Part shown: piece by piece, positions 37,766-48,758 of the stretch
How positions within the stretch are numbered: the first letter of the stretch is position 1
Layout: the number at the start of each line of letters is the position of its first letter
DNA from: an uncultured Acidobacteriota bacterium
Lineage (GTDB): Bacteria; Acidobacteriota; Thermoanaerobaculia; Multivoradales; JAHEKO01
Reading direction: 5' to 3'
Length of the DNA: 64,000 nt
NCBI GenBank assembly: GCA_963713825.1
Contig: CAVQNG010000004.1
Coordinates: 193,444 to 257,443 of the forward strand
Made by a program: the position numbers and the translations under genes
The notes under the pieces: generated by a model
What the model was told of the DNA's origin: nothing
Database searches by the model: none
Seen by the model: the letters and a program-made list of their open reading frames with translations, nothing else

Positions 37766-39064
37766 TCATCCCTCGATCAGCCCATCCAGATCGCGCCAAA
37801 ACTCGGGATAGGACTTGGCAACCACGGCCGGCTCCATCACGGCGACTCCGGGACGTCGCAGACCGCAGACAGCCAAGCTCATGGCGATGCGATGATCACC
37901 ATAGGTCTCGACCTGCACCTCGTTCGACGGCACAGGCCCCTTGGCCCAACTGCCGGTCACCTTCAACCCTGCCGGCAATTCATCGAGCTCGGCACCGAGG
38001 CGCCTGAGCTCCGTCGCCATGGCTGCCAATCGGTCGCTTTCTTTGAGTCTCAGATGAGGCACGTTGTCGATGGTCGTGGTACCCACGGCAAAGGGTGCGA
38101 GGGCGGCGAGTGTCGGCACCTGATCCGGCATATCCGAGAAATCCACATCGACCGATTGAAGTCTCGACGAGCCGGTAACCTGTAGGATCCCGGCAAGCCA
38201 CTCCACACGAGCACCCATTCGGGCCAGCACCTCCATGAATCTTCGGTCACCTTGCTTCGACTGGGGCGATACCCCCTCGATGCGAACTCTCCCCGCAGTC
38301 AAGGCTGCAGCAGCGGCCGGATAGGCGGCGGCCGAGAAGTCGCCTTCCATCGTCCATCGCCCGCCCTGCAGGCGGCCCGGCAAGATCTCCCAGGTTTCAA
38401 CGCCAAGAGACTCGACTCTGGCCTGGAAGTGACCGAGGGTGTCCAGGGTGAGATCGAAATAGGGAGCCGAAGTCAAGGACCGGACTCGCAGCTCCACGGC
38501 CTGCCTGGCGGCCGTCGCTGCCATCAAGATCGCCGAAGCGAACTGGCTCGAGAGCCCCGCGTCGATCTCCGTCCGCCCACCCTCCAGACTGCCTCCCTGA
38601 ATCCGCAAAGGAGCCAACCCCTTCTCTTCGAGGTATTCGATCTGCGCTCCCAACTGGCGGAGAGCCTCGACCAGAGGGCCCAAAGGCCTCTTCCTGAGTC
38701 GGTCGCTACCATCGAGTTGCCAGACACCTGGAATGGTCGTGAGGCTCGCGGTCAGGAATCGCAGCATCGTTCCGTTGTTGCCACAGAACAGCTCGCCGCT
38801 GGCCGGAATGGGGCCCGGTCCAATCTCCACAGAATCCTCACGAAGCGTCACTTCGTACCCGGTTCGACTCAGAGCCGTCGCGAACAGCTCGGTGTCTTCT
38901 GACCGCAGTGGGTCCTCGAGGACAACAGGTTGTCGGGCTAGAAGGGCGAGATTCAAGAAACGCTGAGTCAGGCTCTTCGACGGCGGGACCTTAACGGTGC
39001 CTCGAATAGCTGCGCCGCTCGGGATCGAGCAAGGTCCGCGACTGGAGGCGAGGGAACGGTTCAT
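37766..39064 (-). CDS. aroA: 3-phosphoshikimate 1-carboxyvinyltransferase (EPSP synthase)
   Basis: PPSKSLTQR, GNNGTMLRFL and LKESDRLAAM motifs. Confidence 0.93.
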   Translation of the reverse strand: MNRSLASSRGPCSIPSGAAIRGTVKVPPSKSLTQRFLNLALLARQPVVLEDPLRSEDTELFATALSRTGYEVTLREDSVEIGPGPIPASGELFCGNNGTMLRFLTASLTTIPGVWQLDGSDRLRKRPLGPLVEALRQLGAQIEYLEEKGLAPLRIQGGSLEGGRTEIDAGLSSQFASAILMAATAARQAVELRVRSLTSAPYFDLTLDTLGHFQARVESLGVETWEILPGRLQGGRWTMEGDFSAAAYPAAAAALTAGRVRIEGVSPQSKQGDRRFMEVLARMGARVEWLAGILQVTGSSRLQSVDVDFSDMPDQVPTLAALAPFAVGTTTIDNVPHLRLKESDRLAAMATELRRLGAELDELPAGLKVTGSWAKGPVPSNEVQVETYGDHRIAMSLAVCGLRRPGVAVMEPAVVAKSYPEFWRDLDGLIEG

Positions 39065-39100
39065 GCGCTTCTCCTGCCGCTCGGAGGGTTCGACCTCGGA

Positions 39101-39802
39101 TCAATCCCCGGCTGACAACCACTCGATCCGCCGGCTGTTGAACCAGGCATCGAGCAAGCGGACCTCGCCACCTTCGACCTGCCACGAGTGAGCCTCATGG
39201 AAATGGCCCAACAAGAGAACATCGTAGTCTGGGGCGAGTCTTCGATCGGCATAGCGTGAGATGACCTCTCGCGGAATCCGGTTCTTGTGTTTGAAGTTAG
39301 TCTTGGAAAGCTGTCCTTCCGTTACGTGCACCAGCTTCTGGGCCAGCCCGGCTGGCAGATTCAGCATGAAGAACCGACTCGGGGGGCTCTTCGAAAGCCA
39401 ACGCCAAAACCGGTAGGAACGGTCCTCGGCATTCAACCCGTCGCCATGGACTGCCAGGTACGACCGTCCGCCGACCCGAATGGAGAGCTCATTGGAAACG
39501 CTGTCGAATACCTCTCGATACGGTCCTTCGGCGATAAAGAAGTCACGATTGCCCTCGATGTAGTCGATCCTCCAGCCGGCACCCCGCAAATCGGCGAGCG
39601 CCGCCACGACCTGACGAATCTCGGGCGTCTCGTAGCTTCGCTGGCCAACCCAGACATGGAAGAGATCTCCCATCAGGACCAGGTGGCCCGGTACGCCCGA
39701 CGCCAGCTCTTCGAGCTGCTCGACCAACGGTTCCGCCGGTCCGCCGGGCCCACCGATGTGGGCGTCGGCGATAACGGCTACGGGCAAGTTCTGTGGCTCC
39801 AC
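39101..39802 (-). CDS. lpxH: UDP-2,3-diacylglucosamine diphosphatase-like metallophosphoesterase
   Basis: Calcineurin-like motifs DAHIG, GDLF, GNRD and HGD, with LpxH-like length. Confidence 0.75.
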   Translation of the reverse strand: MEPQNLPVAVIADAHIGGPGGPAEPLVEQLEELASGVPGHLVLMGDLFHVWVGQRSYETPEIRQVVAALADLRGAGWRIDYIEGNRDFFIAEGPYREVFDSVSNELSIRVGGRSYLAVHGDGLNAEDRSYRFWRWLSKSPPSRFFMLNLPAGLAQKLVHVTEGQLSKTNFKHKNRIPREVISRYADRRLAPDYDVLLLGHFHEAHSWQVEGGEVRLLDAWFNSRRIEWLSAGD

Positions 39803-39841
39803 CTGGGAACTCCTGGCACTTCTTGCACTGGCAGGCCGATG

Positions 39842-40918
39842 CTAGAAGATCGACAGCTTGCTGGCCTGTCGCTTGCTGACCTCCACCACGACCGCCTCGG
39901 CCACGGCCCTGAACGAATCCGCATGGGCGCCTTCGGGCTCGGAGATAGCGATCGGTACGCCGGCGTCGCCACCTTCCACGATGGCTGGGTCGAGCGGTAT
40001 CCGTCCCAGGAACGAGCACCCCAGAAGCTCGGCAGTCCGCTCTCCCCCACCCCGCTTGAAAATGTCGGTCTCCTCGCCGCAATGAGGACAGACAAAGGTC
40101 GACATGTTCTCGATGATTCCGACGACAGGCACGTTGACCTTCTGGAACATCGCCAGACCCTTGCGCGCATCGATCAGGGAGATGTCTTGAGGCGTGGTGA
40201 CGATCACGGCACCCGAAAGTGGCACCTTCTGACTGATGGTCAGCTGCGCGTCTCCGGTGCCAGGCGGCAGATCGACGATCAGGTAGTCCAGCGGTCCCCA
40301 CTCGACGTCGGAAAGGAGCTGCTCGATGGCTCGCATGACCATCGGCCCCCGCCAGATCACGGGCGTGTCGTCGTCGAGGACAAAGCCCAACGACATCAGC
40401 CGAACGCCGTACTTTTCAAAGGGGATCAGGCGCTCGCGCTCGACGAGCGGCTGCTCATCGATGCCGAACATCATGGGCATCGATGGCCCGTATATGTCCG
40501 CATCCAGAAGCCCTACCCTGTAGCCGGCCTGGGCAAGGGCGATGGAGAGATTGGCGGAAACGGTCGACTTGCCGACGCCGCCTTTGCCACTGGCGACAGC
40601 AACGACATGTTTGACTTCTGGAATCAGGCCCGGGTCCTGGGCAACCGCGTCCTGAGCCGTCGAGGGTGGAGTCGCCGCTTGCAGGGACACCTCCACCTCC
40701 TCGGCAATCTCGGCCTCGCGCAGCATCGCTTCCACCTCGTCCCGAACCTGATCGGCCCGGTCCCGATGGTGCGTCGAGATCGCCAGATCGACCTGCAGGG
40801 TGCCATCGGACACCGCTACCCGATCGACAAAGCCGAACGAAACGATGTCGCGGCTCATGCCGGGAAAAGTGATGCCCTTCAAAAGGTCCCACGCCTTGTT
40901 TTCGATCTCCTTCGACAT
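39842..40918 (-). CDS. apbC: Mrp/NBP35-family Fe-S cluster carrier ATPase
   Basis: N-terminal DUF59-like domain, deviant Walker A ASGKGGVGKST, and CPHCG. Confidence 0.9.
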   Translation of the reverse strand: MSKEIENKAWDLLKGITFPGMSRDIVSFGFVDRVAVSDGTLQVDLAISTHHRDRADQVRDEVEAMLREAEIAEEVEVSLQAATPPSTAQDAVAQDPGLIPEVKHVVAVASGKGGVGKSTVSANLSIALAQAGYRVGLLDADIYGPSMPMMFGIDEQPLVERERLIPFEKYGVRLMSLGFVLDDDTPVIWRGPMVMRAIEQLLSDVEWGPLDYLIVDLPPGTGDAQLTISQKVPLSGAVIVTTPQDISLIDARKGLAMFQKVNVPVVGIIENMSTFVCPHCGEETDIFKRGGGERTAELLGCSFLGRIPLDPAIVEGGDAGVPIAISEPEGAHADSFRAVAEAVVVEVSKRQASKLSIF

Positions 40919-41012
40919 TTGGGCTCCTAGAATTGCAGTCTGTCTTGCATGGAAGTTTTTGATTGATTCTCAGGCCAGGGGCCGCTTCGAGCCAGAACCG
41001 CACCTGTTCACG

Positions 41013-41777
41013 TCAGTGTTCGATGCCTGCCAGCTCGGCGATACCTTCTCGGACCCGCTGTGTCAGCTCGCGCTTGCCCCGGACTCCGAAGTCTTCGACC
41101 TTCAGCGGCCGACCGTAACGAACGGTGATTCTACCTGGCCGCACCACATAGGTTCCGCGTCTGCGGATGGCCATGCTGCCGATCACACCGACCGGCACGA
41201 TGGGCAGACCGCTCTTGAGCGCCAGCAGAAACCCACCGCGCTCGAAAGGCTGCAGTCTGCCGTCCAGGGAGCGAGTCCCTTCGGGGAAGACAAGGGTCGA
41301 GCTGCCTTCCCTGAGTCGCAACACCGCCGCATCGAAGCTCTCCTTCGCCTTGCTCCGATTCTTGCGATCAATACTGATGAAGCCACCCGCCTTCATCGCC
41401 CAGCCGAAGATCGGAATCCGGAACAGGCTCTGCTTGGCGAGCAGGCGGGTCTGCCCGGGTAGCGAAACGATCAGAGCCGGGATGTCGAAAAGGCTCTGGT
41501 GGTTCGACATGTAGATGCAGCACTGATTCGAGGACAAGGGCTCCACGTAGTCGACGTCGAGACGAACCCCGCTGAAGAACAGGAGGCCATGGCTCCACAG
41601 ACGGGCCATCTGAAACACCCAGTTGCCCCGCGGCGGAATCCACGCGCCCAGAATGGAGAGGACACTGAAGAGCAGGCTTCCTAGAATCAGATAGGTATTA
41701 CCCGAGACCGTCGCCACGGCCGTAGCCAGACTCCTCGAGAAGGAACCAGGCTGTCTCGTTGCATTGGTCTCGACCAT
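41013..41777 (-). CDS. plsC: 1-acyl-sn-glycerol-3-phosphate acyltransferase
   Basis: NHQSLFD (HX4D) and FPEGTRS motifs, with an N-terminal TM segment. Confidence 0.88.
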   Translation of the reverse strand: MVETNATRQPGSFSRSLATAVATVSGNTYLILGSLLFSVLSILGAWIPPRGNWVFQMARLWSHGLLFFSGVRLDVDYVEPLSSNQCCIYMSNHQSLFDIPALIVSLPGQTRLLAKQSLFRIPIFGWAMKAGGFISIDRKNRSKAKESFDAAVLRLREGSSTLVFPEGTRSLDGRLQPFERGGFLLALKSGLPIVPVGVIGSMAIRRRGTYVVRPGRITVRYGRPLKVEDFGVRGKRELTQRVREGIAELAGIEH

Positions 41778-41818
41778 GAGGTAAGGCTCGGGCCTCCCCT
41801 TGCTACAATCCGCTTCTG

Positions 41819-42223
41819 ATGCTGACTCCGGCCTACTTTGCGTGGCGATTCCGATGCCTCAAGTGGCTGCGAGCGAGCCTGATCGGCGGTGCGGCTCTCA
41901 GCCTGATTCTGGCTTACTCGCTCGCCTTTCGACCGCGATCGACGACCCCGCTGCTTGGAATCGGCTCGCCGGAGAGCCCATTCTACCTCTGGCTGCCAGC
42001 CGTGCTTCTGGCCGCTGTCGGAATCGTCTACTTGCTGGCCAGCTCGGATGTCCGGCGATTCAGCTCGATCATCGCCGTCGGCATCGGGGTGCAGCTCACC
42101 CTGGCCCTGACACTCTACGCAGCCGCCCAGGGCCCGGGGACGGAGAACCTGATCCGCCTCGCAGGCGCCGAGCTGCTGATCGGTCTGGGTCTTCTCGCCT
42201 TCTGGTGGCCGGTGCGCTCATGA
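41819..42223 (+). CDS. Hypothetical 134-aa membrane protein translationally coupled to mlaE
   Basis: Four hydrophobic segments and high GC3. The stop overlaps the mlaE ATG (ATGA). The competing 394-aa ORF 41800-42984 has an implausible Arg/Gly/Pro-rich N-terminus. Confidence 0.55.
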   Translation: MLTPAYFAWRFRCLKWLRASLIGGAALSLILAYSLAFRPRSTTPLLGIGSPESPFYLWLPAVLLAAVGIVYLLASSDVRRFSSIIAVGIGVQLTLALTLYAAAQGPGTENLIRLAGAELLIGLGLLAFWWPVRS

Positions 42224-42984
42224 AGTCCCGCCTGCCGTTCGCTCATGCCCTCGACGAAGCCGGCCGCATGGCCAGCCTCGGAGTTCAGGCTCTCGGCGAG
42301 ATGCTGACGCGTCCCTTCGAAGGGCGTCTCTGGATCCGCGAAATGGAACAGATCGGGGTGCGCTCTCTCGGAGTGGCGGCCATCGCCACCATCTTCACCG
42401 GCATGGTGCTGGCCCTGCAGACAGCCTACAGCCTGCCAGGCCTCGGGGTGAAGTACTACATCGGCACCGTCGTTTCGAAATCCGTCATTCGAGAGCTGGG
42501 CCCCGTTTTGATCGCGCTGGTGGTCGGCGGCAGAATCGCCGCGGGCATGACTGCCGAGCTCGGGACCATGAAGGTGACCGAGCAGATCGATGCCCTTCGT
42601 GCCATGGCGGCCAACCCTGTCAAGAAGCTGGTGGTGCCGAAACTGATCGCTGCCCTGGTGATGCTGCCCCTGCTGACCATCATCGGCGATCTCCTGGGGG
42701 TCCTGGGTGGCATGATCATCGGCGTCTATCAGCTCGATCTGACGCCCGGCTTCTACATCAACGACGTGCTCACCGACCTGACGCTGGAAGACATCTTCAG
42801 TGGCATCGGCAAATCGTTCTTTTTCGCCTTCTGGATCACAATCGTCGGCTGTTACAATGGCTTGACCGCGCGAGGTGGCGCCGACGGTGTCGGCAGAGCA
42901 ACGACAAATACGGTCGTGGTCGCCGCAATTCTGGTCTTGGTGACCGACTTCTTTCTGACCAAGCTCTTCCACGTCCTGGCCTGA
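42220..42984 (+). CDS. mlaE: Phospholipid ABC transporter permease MlaE
   Basis: MlaE pattern: [34 protein letters not shown]. Confidence 0.9.
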   Translation: MKSRLPFAHALDEAGRMASLGVQALGEMLTRPFEGRLWIREMEQIGVRSLGVAAIATIFTGMVLALQTAYSLPGLGVKYYIGTVVSKSVIRELGPVLIALVVGGRIAAGMTAELGTMKVTEQIDALRAMAANPVKKLVVPKLIAALVMLPLLTIIGDLLGVLGGMIIGVYQLDLTPGFYINDVLTDLTLEDIFSGIGKSFFFAFWITIVGCYNGLTARGGADGVGRATTNTVVVAAILVLVTDFFLTKLFHVLA

Positions 42985-43006
42985 TTGCGAAGCCGAGGAC
43001 ACGCCT

Positions 43007-43762
43007 ATGTCGACACCAATCTTCAGCGTGCGGGGCCTGGTCAAGGACTACGACGACAAAACGGTCCTACGGGGGCTGGACTTCGACGTCCAACGAGGAG
43101 AGTCTCTGGTGATTCTCGGCCGGTCCGGCTCCGGCAAGAGTGTGACGCTGCGGCAACTGAATGGACTGGAAAAGCCCGACGCCGGAACGGTTGCCTTCGA
43201 TGGGACCGAGATCTCTTCGATGCAAGAGAAAGACCTCTACCCAATTCGCCGGCGGATCGGCATGCTCTTCCAGGGCGGAGCGCTATTCGACTCGATGACT
43301 GTCGAAGAGAACGTCTCTTTCCCCCTGAGAGAGCACCTCACGATGGACGAAGACGAAATCCGCGAACGGGTTCGCTTGAAGCTCTCCCTGGTCGGCTTGA
43401 AGGGGGTCGAGGACGTGATGCCCTCAGAGCTCTCTGGTGGCATGAAGAAGAGGGTGGCACTCGCCCGCTCGCTGGCGATGGATCCGGAGGTCGTCCTCTT
43501 CGACGAGCCTTCCACCGGCTTGGATCCTATGACGTCGGCCCTCATCGCGCACCTGATTCGACGGTCGCAAGCCAGCCTCGCCACCACTTCCGTCGTCGTC
43601 ACGCACGACATTGCTCTGGCCCGGCACGTCGGCGACCGGGTAGCTTTTCTGTGCGAGGGTACTTTCAGCTTTCTGGGCACCTGGGAGGAAGCGGACCGAA
43701 CCGCGGACCGGGTATTTGGCGATTTCCTGGCCGGGCGCATGGGAGATGAAGATGCAGCGTGA
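43007..43762 (+). CDS. mlaF: ABC transporter ATP-binding protein MlaF
   Basis: Walker A GRSGSGKS, signature [13 protein letters not shown], and Walker B VVLFDEP. Confidence 0.92.
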   Translation: MSTPIFSVRGLVKDYDDKTVLRGLDFDVQRGESLVILGRSGSGKSVTLRQLNGLEKPDAGTVAFDGTEISSMQEKDLYPIRRRIGMLFQGGALFDSMTVEENVSFPLREHLTMDEDEIRERVRLKLSLVGLKGVEDVMPSELSGGMKKRVALARSLAMDPEVVLFDEPSTGLDPMTSALIAHLIRRSQASLATTSVVVTHDIALARHVGDRVAFLCEGTFSFLGTWEEADRTADRVFGDFLAGRMGDEDAA

Positions 43763-44903
43763 GGTCAAGGTCGGCCTGCTGGTGGTGGCGGCGTTCGTCA
43801 TCCTGGGAGTCGCTGTCTTCCTGGTCAGCGAGAGACGCAATTTCTTCGCGCTCAAGAACCGCTACTACATTCAGTTCGAGACCGTTCTCGGCCTCGCCCC
43901 GGGTAGCCCTGCTCAGCTCAACGGCGTCACCGTCGGCAGCGTGAAGAGAGTCGTCCTGCCAGAGAGTGTCGACGAGGAGATGCTGACAGTTTGGATCAAC
44001 GTCGACCGGCGGTATGGCGACCGGGTGCGTGAGGACTCGACAGCACGGATCAAGACGCTGGGCCTGCTGGGCGACAAGTTCATCGAGATCTCCTCGGGGT
44101 CCGCAGACTCACCGATGATCCCTTCGGGTGGGTACATTCCGGCGGCGGCCCCCACAGACGTGGAGAAGCTCCTCGCCACGGGTGGAGACGCGGTCCAGAA
44201 CACCGTGGCCATCTCGTATTCGCTGCGCAACATCCTGGCCCGCATGGAAGCTGGCGAGGGGCTCCTTGGCGAGCTGCTCACCGACTCCGAGGCAGGGCGT
44301 ACGGCGAAGCAGGGCCTGGTGGCCATCATGGAGGCCGTCAGAGACATCACGCTGCAGATTCACAGCGGTCAGGGCACCGTGGGGCAGCTCATCATGGACG
44401 ACGACTTGGCCGTTCAACTCACGGCCTCCGTCAACCGGTTCAACACTGTTCTGACAAGCCTCGAGGGCGGTGAAGGTCTGGTTGCAGACCTGCTGCACAA
44501 CCCAGAGACCCGGGATCGGGTCCAGACCCTCCTGGCCAATCTGGACAAGACCACGGAGTCGCTGTCTGCTGCGGCCGAACAGCTCGATTCGGGCAAGGGA
44601 CTCCTGCCAGCGATGTTGAACGACGAGGCAATGGCGGGCCAGATCCTCGGAGACCTGCAGCAGATGCTGGAGAACCTGAACCTGGTGTCGGAGAAACTGG
44701 CTTCGGGCGATGGAACCCTGGGGCGGTTGATCGAGGATCCGGAGATCTACGAAGCGCTCAACGACATCGTCGTCGGCGTCAACGAGTCGAAGATGCTGCG
44801 CTGGCTGATACGAAATCGACAGAAATCCGGCATCGAGGTGCGCTACGATTCGGAAGTCGAGAGACTCGAAGCAGAATCCCAGAACGCAGTTGACGAGAAA
44901 TAG
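43752..44903 (+). CDS. mlaD: MCE-domain protein MlaD
   Basis: N-terminal TM segment, the MCE domain (...[19 protein letters not shown]...) and a long helical C-terminus. The start is the ATG at 43752 or at 43746. Confidence 0.85.
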   Translation: MQREVKVGLLVVAAFVILGVAVFLVSERRNFFALKNRYYIQFETVLGLAPGSPAQLNGVTVGSVKRVVLPESVDEEMLTVWINVDRRYGDRVREDSTARIKTLGLLGDKFIEISSGSADSPMIPSGGYIPAAAPTDVEKLLATGGDAVQNTVAISYSLRNILARMEAGEGLLGELLTDSEAGRTAKQGLVAIMEAVRDITLQIHSGQGTVGQLIMDDDLAVQLTASVNRFNTVLTSLEGGEGLVADLLHNPETRDRVQTLLANLDKTTESLSAAAEQLDSGKGLLPAMLNDEAMAGQILGDLQQMLENLNLVSEKLASGDGTLGRLIEDPEIYEALNDIVVGVNESKMLRWLIRNRQKSGIEVRYDSEVERLEAESQNAVDEK

Positions 44904-44918
44904 GCGGAGCTTGACGAT

Positions 44919-45875
44919 ATGACCAAACACATCCTCGTAACCGGCGGCGCCGGTTTCATCGGTAGCCACCTGACCCGACGCCTGCTGGAGCGCGGGGACC
45001 AGATCACGGTCCTCGACGACTTCAACGATTTCTACGACCCGGCGCGGAAGCGCGTCAACGTAGCGCCGTTCCTGGAGAATCCCGCATACAGGCTGGTCGA
45101 GGGCGATATCCGGGACGCAGAGCTCGTCGATGAGCTGTTTCGCGACAGCGGCTTCGACGGCGTCGTGCACTTGGCCGCCCGAGCCGGCGTCAGACCCAGC
45201 CTCCAGGAGCCGATTCTCTACGAGGACACGAACTGCATCGGGACCCTGAGACTGCTCGAGGCCGCTCGGGCCCATGGCCCGGAGACCTTCATCTTCGGCT
45301 CCTCGTCGTCGGTCTACGGCATCAACAAGAAGGTACCCTTCTCCGAGGCGGACGAGGTCAATCAGCCGATCAGCCCCTACGCCACCACCAAGCGGGCCGG
45401 CGAGCTGCTCTGTTTCAACTACGCGCATCTCTATGGTCTGCGCACGGCCTGTTTGCGGTTCTTCACCGTCTACGGACCCGCCCAGCGACCCGAGATGGCG
45501 ATCCACAAGTTCACCGACCTGCTGGCCCGTGGGCAGACCATCCCACTCTTCGGGGACGGCGCCAGTCAGCGCGACTACACGTTCGTCGACGACATCATCG
45601 ATGGTGTCGTGGCCACCCTGGACCTGGCACCCCAGTTCGAGATCCTCAACCTGGGTGGCGCCGAGACCACAGCTCTCAGCGATCTGGTGCAGTGGCTCGC
45701 CGACGAGCTTGGCGTCGAGCCGAATATCGAGTATCTTCCCGATCAGCCGGGAGATGTTCCCATAACCTATGCCGACGTCAGCAAGGCCAATGCTCTGGTC
45801 GGCTACTCACCCAAAGTACCCATCCGAGAGGGTTTGAAGCGATTCGTCGACTGGTATCGGGACAGCCAAGCCTGA
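44919..45875 (+). CDS. NAD-dependent nucleotide-sugar epimerase (UDP-glucuronate 4-epimerase-like SDR)
   Basis: GGAGFIGSH and the catalytic YATTK. Sits next to ugd and uxs. Confidence 0.8.
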   Translation: MTKHILVTGGAGFIGSHLTRRLLERGDQITVLDDFNDFYDPARKRVNVAPFLENPAYRLVEGDIRDAELVDELFRDSGFDGVVHLAARAGVRPSLQEPILYEDTNCIGTLRLLEAARAHGPETFIFGSSSSVYGINKKVPFSEADEVNQPISPYATTKRAGELLCFNYAHLYGLRTACLRFFTVYGPAQRPEMAIHKFTDLLARGQTIPLFGDGASQRDYTFVDDIIDGVVATLDLAPQFEILNLGGAETTALSDLVQWLADELGVEPNIEYLPDQPGDVPITYADVSKANALVGYSPKVPIREGLKRFVDWYRDSQA

Positions 45876-45940
45876 GCCCGGAAACTCCGCGTATCTTCGA
45901 CTAGAACCTCTCGCTATACCGACAACCAGGAGCGGAAATC

Positions 45941-47275
45941 ATGAGAATCTGCGTAGTAGGAAGCGGATATGTAGGTCTTGTCACCGGCGCCTGCCTGGCC
46001 GATTTCGGCATGAACGTTGTCGGTGTCGACAAAGACGCCGCCAAAGTCGAGGCGCTGCAGCGCTGCGAGATTCCGATCTACGAGCCCGGTCTCGCAACGG
46101 TGGTGCGCACCAACATGGACGAGGGGCGCCTACATTTCACGACCGAGCTGGGGCCGGCCATCGAAGAAGCTGACGCCATTTTCATTGCCGTGGGAACCCC
46201 TTCCCGCCCGGACGGTTCTGCGGATCTGAGCTTCGTCGAGCAGGTCGCCACTTCGATCGGTGAGCACCTGAACGGATTCAAGATCGTCATCACCAAGAGC
46301 ACGGTGCCGATCGGCACCGGGCAGCGAATCGACAAGATCATTCGAGAAGTGCAGACCGGTGAGCATGAGTTCGCCGTCGTCAGCAATCCAGAATTCTTGC
46401 GAGAAGGCTCTGCCATTGGCGATTTTCGGAACCCGGACAGGGTGGTCATCGGCAGCGTCGACCAGCGCGCCATCGACATGATGCTCGACATCTACTCACC
46501 TTTGCGCGTCGCGGATGTGCCGTTCGTCATCACCAACGTGGAGAGCGCCGAATTGATCAAGTACGCCTCCAACGGCTTCCTGGCCACCAAGATCTCCTTC
46601 ATCAACGAGGTAGCCCATCTCTGCGAGAGGCTCGGTGCCGATGTCGAGACGGTGGCCCGCGGCATGGGTCTCGATTCGAGGATCGGCCCCCAGTTTCTGC
46701 ACCCCGGCCCCGGCTTCGGTGGCTCCTGCTTCCCCAAGGACTCGCGAGCCGTCGTCCAGATCGCCCTCGAGCACGGCATGCATTTCCAGATCATGGAATC
46801 GGTCATGGCGGTCAATCAGGCCACCAAAGAGCGCATGGTCGACAAGATCTCGCAGGCCTTCAATGGTGAGATCACGGGCAAGACCATCGCGGTTCTGGGT
46901 CTGTCGTTCAAGCCCGACACCGATGACATCCGAGAGTCTCCGGCAATCGAGATCGTCAAGGGCCTACTGGAGGCCGGAGCGTCGGTGCGAGCCTTCGACC
47001 CGGCGGCTATGGAGGCCTTTCGAGAAGATTGGCCGCAAGTCGAGTACTGCGAGCACTCCTACGATGCCGCCGACGGCGCGGACGGCATCGTCATCGCGAC
47101 CGAATGGAACCAGTTCAAGGCCTTGGAGCTACGGCGTCTGAAGCAGCTTCTCAAGCGGCCCTTGATCGTCGACCTGAGGAACATCTACGAACCAGCAAAG
47201 ATTCGGGCCGCCGGCTTCGACTACTTCTCGGTCGGGCGGCAGAAGGCCCAGCAGGAGCAAAGACAAGAGGCATGA
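45941..47275 (+). CDS. ugd: UDP-glucose 6-dehydrogenase
   Basis: [18 protein letters not shown] (catalytic Cys) and [16 protein letters not shown]. Confidence 0.95.
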   Translation: MRICVVGSGYVGLVTGACLADFGMNVVGVDKDAAKVEALQRCEIPIYEPGLATVVRTNMDEGRLHFTTELGPAIEEADAIFIAVGTPSRPDGSADLSFVEQVATSIGEHLNGFKIVITKSTVPIGTGQRIDKIIREVQTGEHEFAVVSNPEFLREGSAIGDFRNPDRVVIGSVDQRAIDMMLDIYSPLRVADVPFVITNVESAELIKYASNGFLATKISFINEVAHLCERLGADVETVARGMGLDSRIGPQFLHPGPGFGGSCFPKDSRAVVQIALEHGMHFQIMESVMAVNQATKERMVDKISQAFNGEITGKTIAVLGLSFKPDTDDIRESPAIEIVKGLLEAGASVRAFDPAAMEAFREDWPQVEYCEHSYDAADGADGIVIATEWNQFKALELRRLKQLLKRPLIVDLRNIYEPAKIRAAGFDYFSVGRQKAQQEQRQEA

Positions 47276-48216
47276 CTACTTCTCTGGTGACAGGCGGGGC
47301 GGGGTTTCTGGGTTCGCATCTATGCGAGCGGCTGCTGCAGGAGGGACACAAGGTGGTTTGTGTCGACAACCTCCTGACGGGCAAGCTCGAGAACATCGAG
47401 TCATTGCTGGATCGTGACGACTTCCAATTCATCGAGCACGACGTCACCCGGCCGTTCGAAGTCAACGTGCCTCTCGACAACGTGCTTCACTTCGCTTCCC
47501 CAGCCAGTCCGATGGACTACCTGGAGCTGCCGATTCAAACTCTCAAGGTCGGCTCTCTCGGAACCCACAATACCCTCGGCCTGGCCATGGCAAAGGAGGC
47601 CCGCTACCTGTTGGCTTCAACGTCCGAAGTCTACGGTGATCCATTGGTCCATCCTCAGCCGGAGACCTACTGGGGCAACGTGAATCCGGTCGGCCCGCGC
47701 GGTGTCTACGACGAGGCTAAGCGCTTCGCCGAAGCCATGGTCATGGCCTACCACCGTTACCACGGCCTCGAAACTCGCATCGTAAGGATCTTCAACACCT
47801 ACGGGCCTCGAATGCGCCCCAAGGATGGCCGGGTCGTCCCTGCCTTCATCCAGCAGGCTCTTCTCGGAGAACCCTTGACGGTTTTCGGCGACGGCTCGCA
47901 GACGCGCTCCTTCTGCTACGTCGACGACGAGGTCGAAGGGATCTGGCGCCTGCTGAACAGCAACACCTCGGACCCGGTCAACATCGGCAATCCCCACGAA
48001 ATGACGATTCTGGAGTTCGGCCAACGCATCATCGAGGCGATCGGCAGCAAGAGCGAGATCTCTTTTGTCGAGCTGCCTATTGACGACCCCAAGACCCGCC
48101 AACCCGACATCACGCGGGCGAGGGAAATACTTGGCTGGTCACCCCAGGTCGAGCTGCAGGACGGCCTCGGCACCACGATCGACTACTTCCGATCGTTACT
48201 GGAAGGCAGCAGCTAG
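47272..48216 (+). CDS. uxs: UDP-glucuronate decarboxylase (UDP-xylose synthase)
   Basis: [21 protein letters not shown] and YDEAKR. The ATG overlaps the ugd stop (ATGA). Confidence 0.9.
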   Translation: MTTSLVTGGAGFLGSHLCERLLQEGHKVVCVDNLLTGKLENIESLLDRDDFQFIEHDVTRPFEVNVPLDNVLHFASPASPMDYLELPIQTLKVGSLGTHNTLGLAMAKEARYLLASTSEVYGDPLVHPQPETYWGNVNPVGPRGVYDEAKRFAEAMVMAYHRYHGLETRIVRIFNTYGPRMRPKDGRVVPAFIQQALLGEPLTVFGDGSQTRSFCYVDDEVEGIWRLLNSNTSDPVNIGNPHEMTILEFGQRIIEAIGSKSEISFVELPIDDPKTRQPDITRAREILGWSPQVELQDGLGTTIDYFRSLLEGSS

Positions 48217-48225
48217 GAGCTCGGA

Positions 48226-48492
48226 ATGGAGGATCTAGTCAGGAAGTTGCAGTTCGCTCTCGACAAGTACCCTCAGCAGGTCGAGTTGGTGGAGGTGGCC
48301 GACTTGCTGCTCGACAGCGCTCGTCAGAACGAGAAGCGGCCGGCCTTCGTGAAGCTGGCTTTGGCCGATGAGCTGGTCAAGAGCCTGCGCGGCCAGCGCC
48401 AGCAGAAGGACGTGCTCCTTCTGGTCCGCGTCCCCGGCGAAGTGCTAGAGCGGTCGGAGAGCCGAATCGTGCTCCCGGGAGAGGTGGAATGA
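48226..48492 (+). CDS. Hypothetical 88-aa protein
   Basis: Ordinary amino-acid composition and high GC3. The stop overlaps the next gene's start (ATGA). No family recognised. Confidence 0.45.
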   Translation: MEDLVRKLQFALDKYPQQVELVEVADLLLDSARQNEKRPAFVKLALADELVKSLRGQRQQKDVLLLVRVPGEVLERSESRIVLPGEVE

Positions 48493-48758
48493 ACGCAACT
48501 ACCGAGCCCACCCAGATCCTCTGCGCCCGCTGTGGCGAGACTGCTCCAGGGGTGGCAAGCCCGCCATATCCCGGCGAATTGGGCGAAGAGCTGAAGTCTC
48601 GCGTTTGCCAGAATTGCTGGACGGAGTGGCTGAAGGTCGAAGTCATGGTCATCAACGAGCTGCAGCTGAATTTCATGGATCCCAAAGCGCTGGAGGTCCT
48701 GGTGGGCCACATGCGCGAGTTCCTTTGCTTTGACAACGCGGCCGACTCCGGCGAGTGA
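48489..48758 (+). CDS. yggX: Fe(2+)-trafficking / oxidative-damage protection protein, YggX family
   Basis: CARCG...PPYPGELGEEL...VCQNCWTEWL...VINELQLN pattern. Confidence 0.85.
   Translation: MNATTEPTQILCARCGETAPGVASPPYPGELGEELKSRVCQNCWTEWLKVEVMVINELQLNFMDPKALEVLVGHMREFLCFDNAADSGE

Noticed and set aside
39287-40930. 547-aa plus-strand ORF antisense to lpxH and mrp. Similar antisense ORFs: 17778-19289, 3724-4992, 33617-34726, 44109-45506, 36198-37109, 29104-30159, 22594-23709
   Set aside because: All are mirror frames of genes with strong family signatures. All have the Arg/Gly/Pro/His-rich composition typical of off-frame high-GC translation.
41800-42984. 394-aa ORF that would fuse an N-terminal extension to MlaE
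   Set aside because: The first 140 aa are Arg/Pro/Gly-rich nonsense, whereas the alternative frame 41819-42223 encodes a plausible 4-TM protein. MlaE begins naturally at the ATG at 42220.
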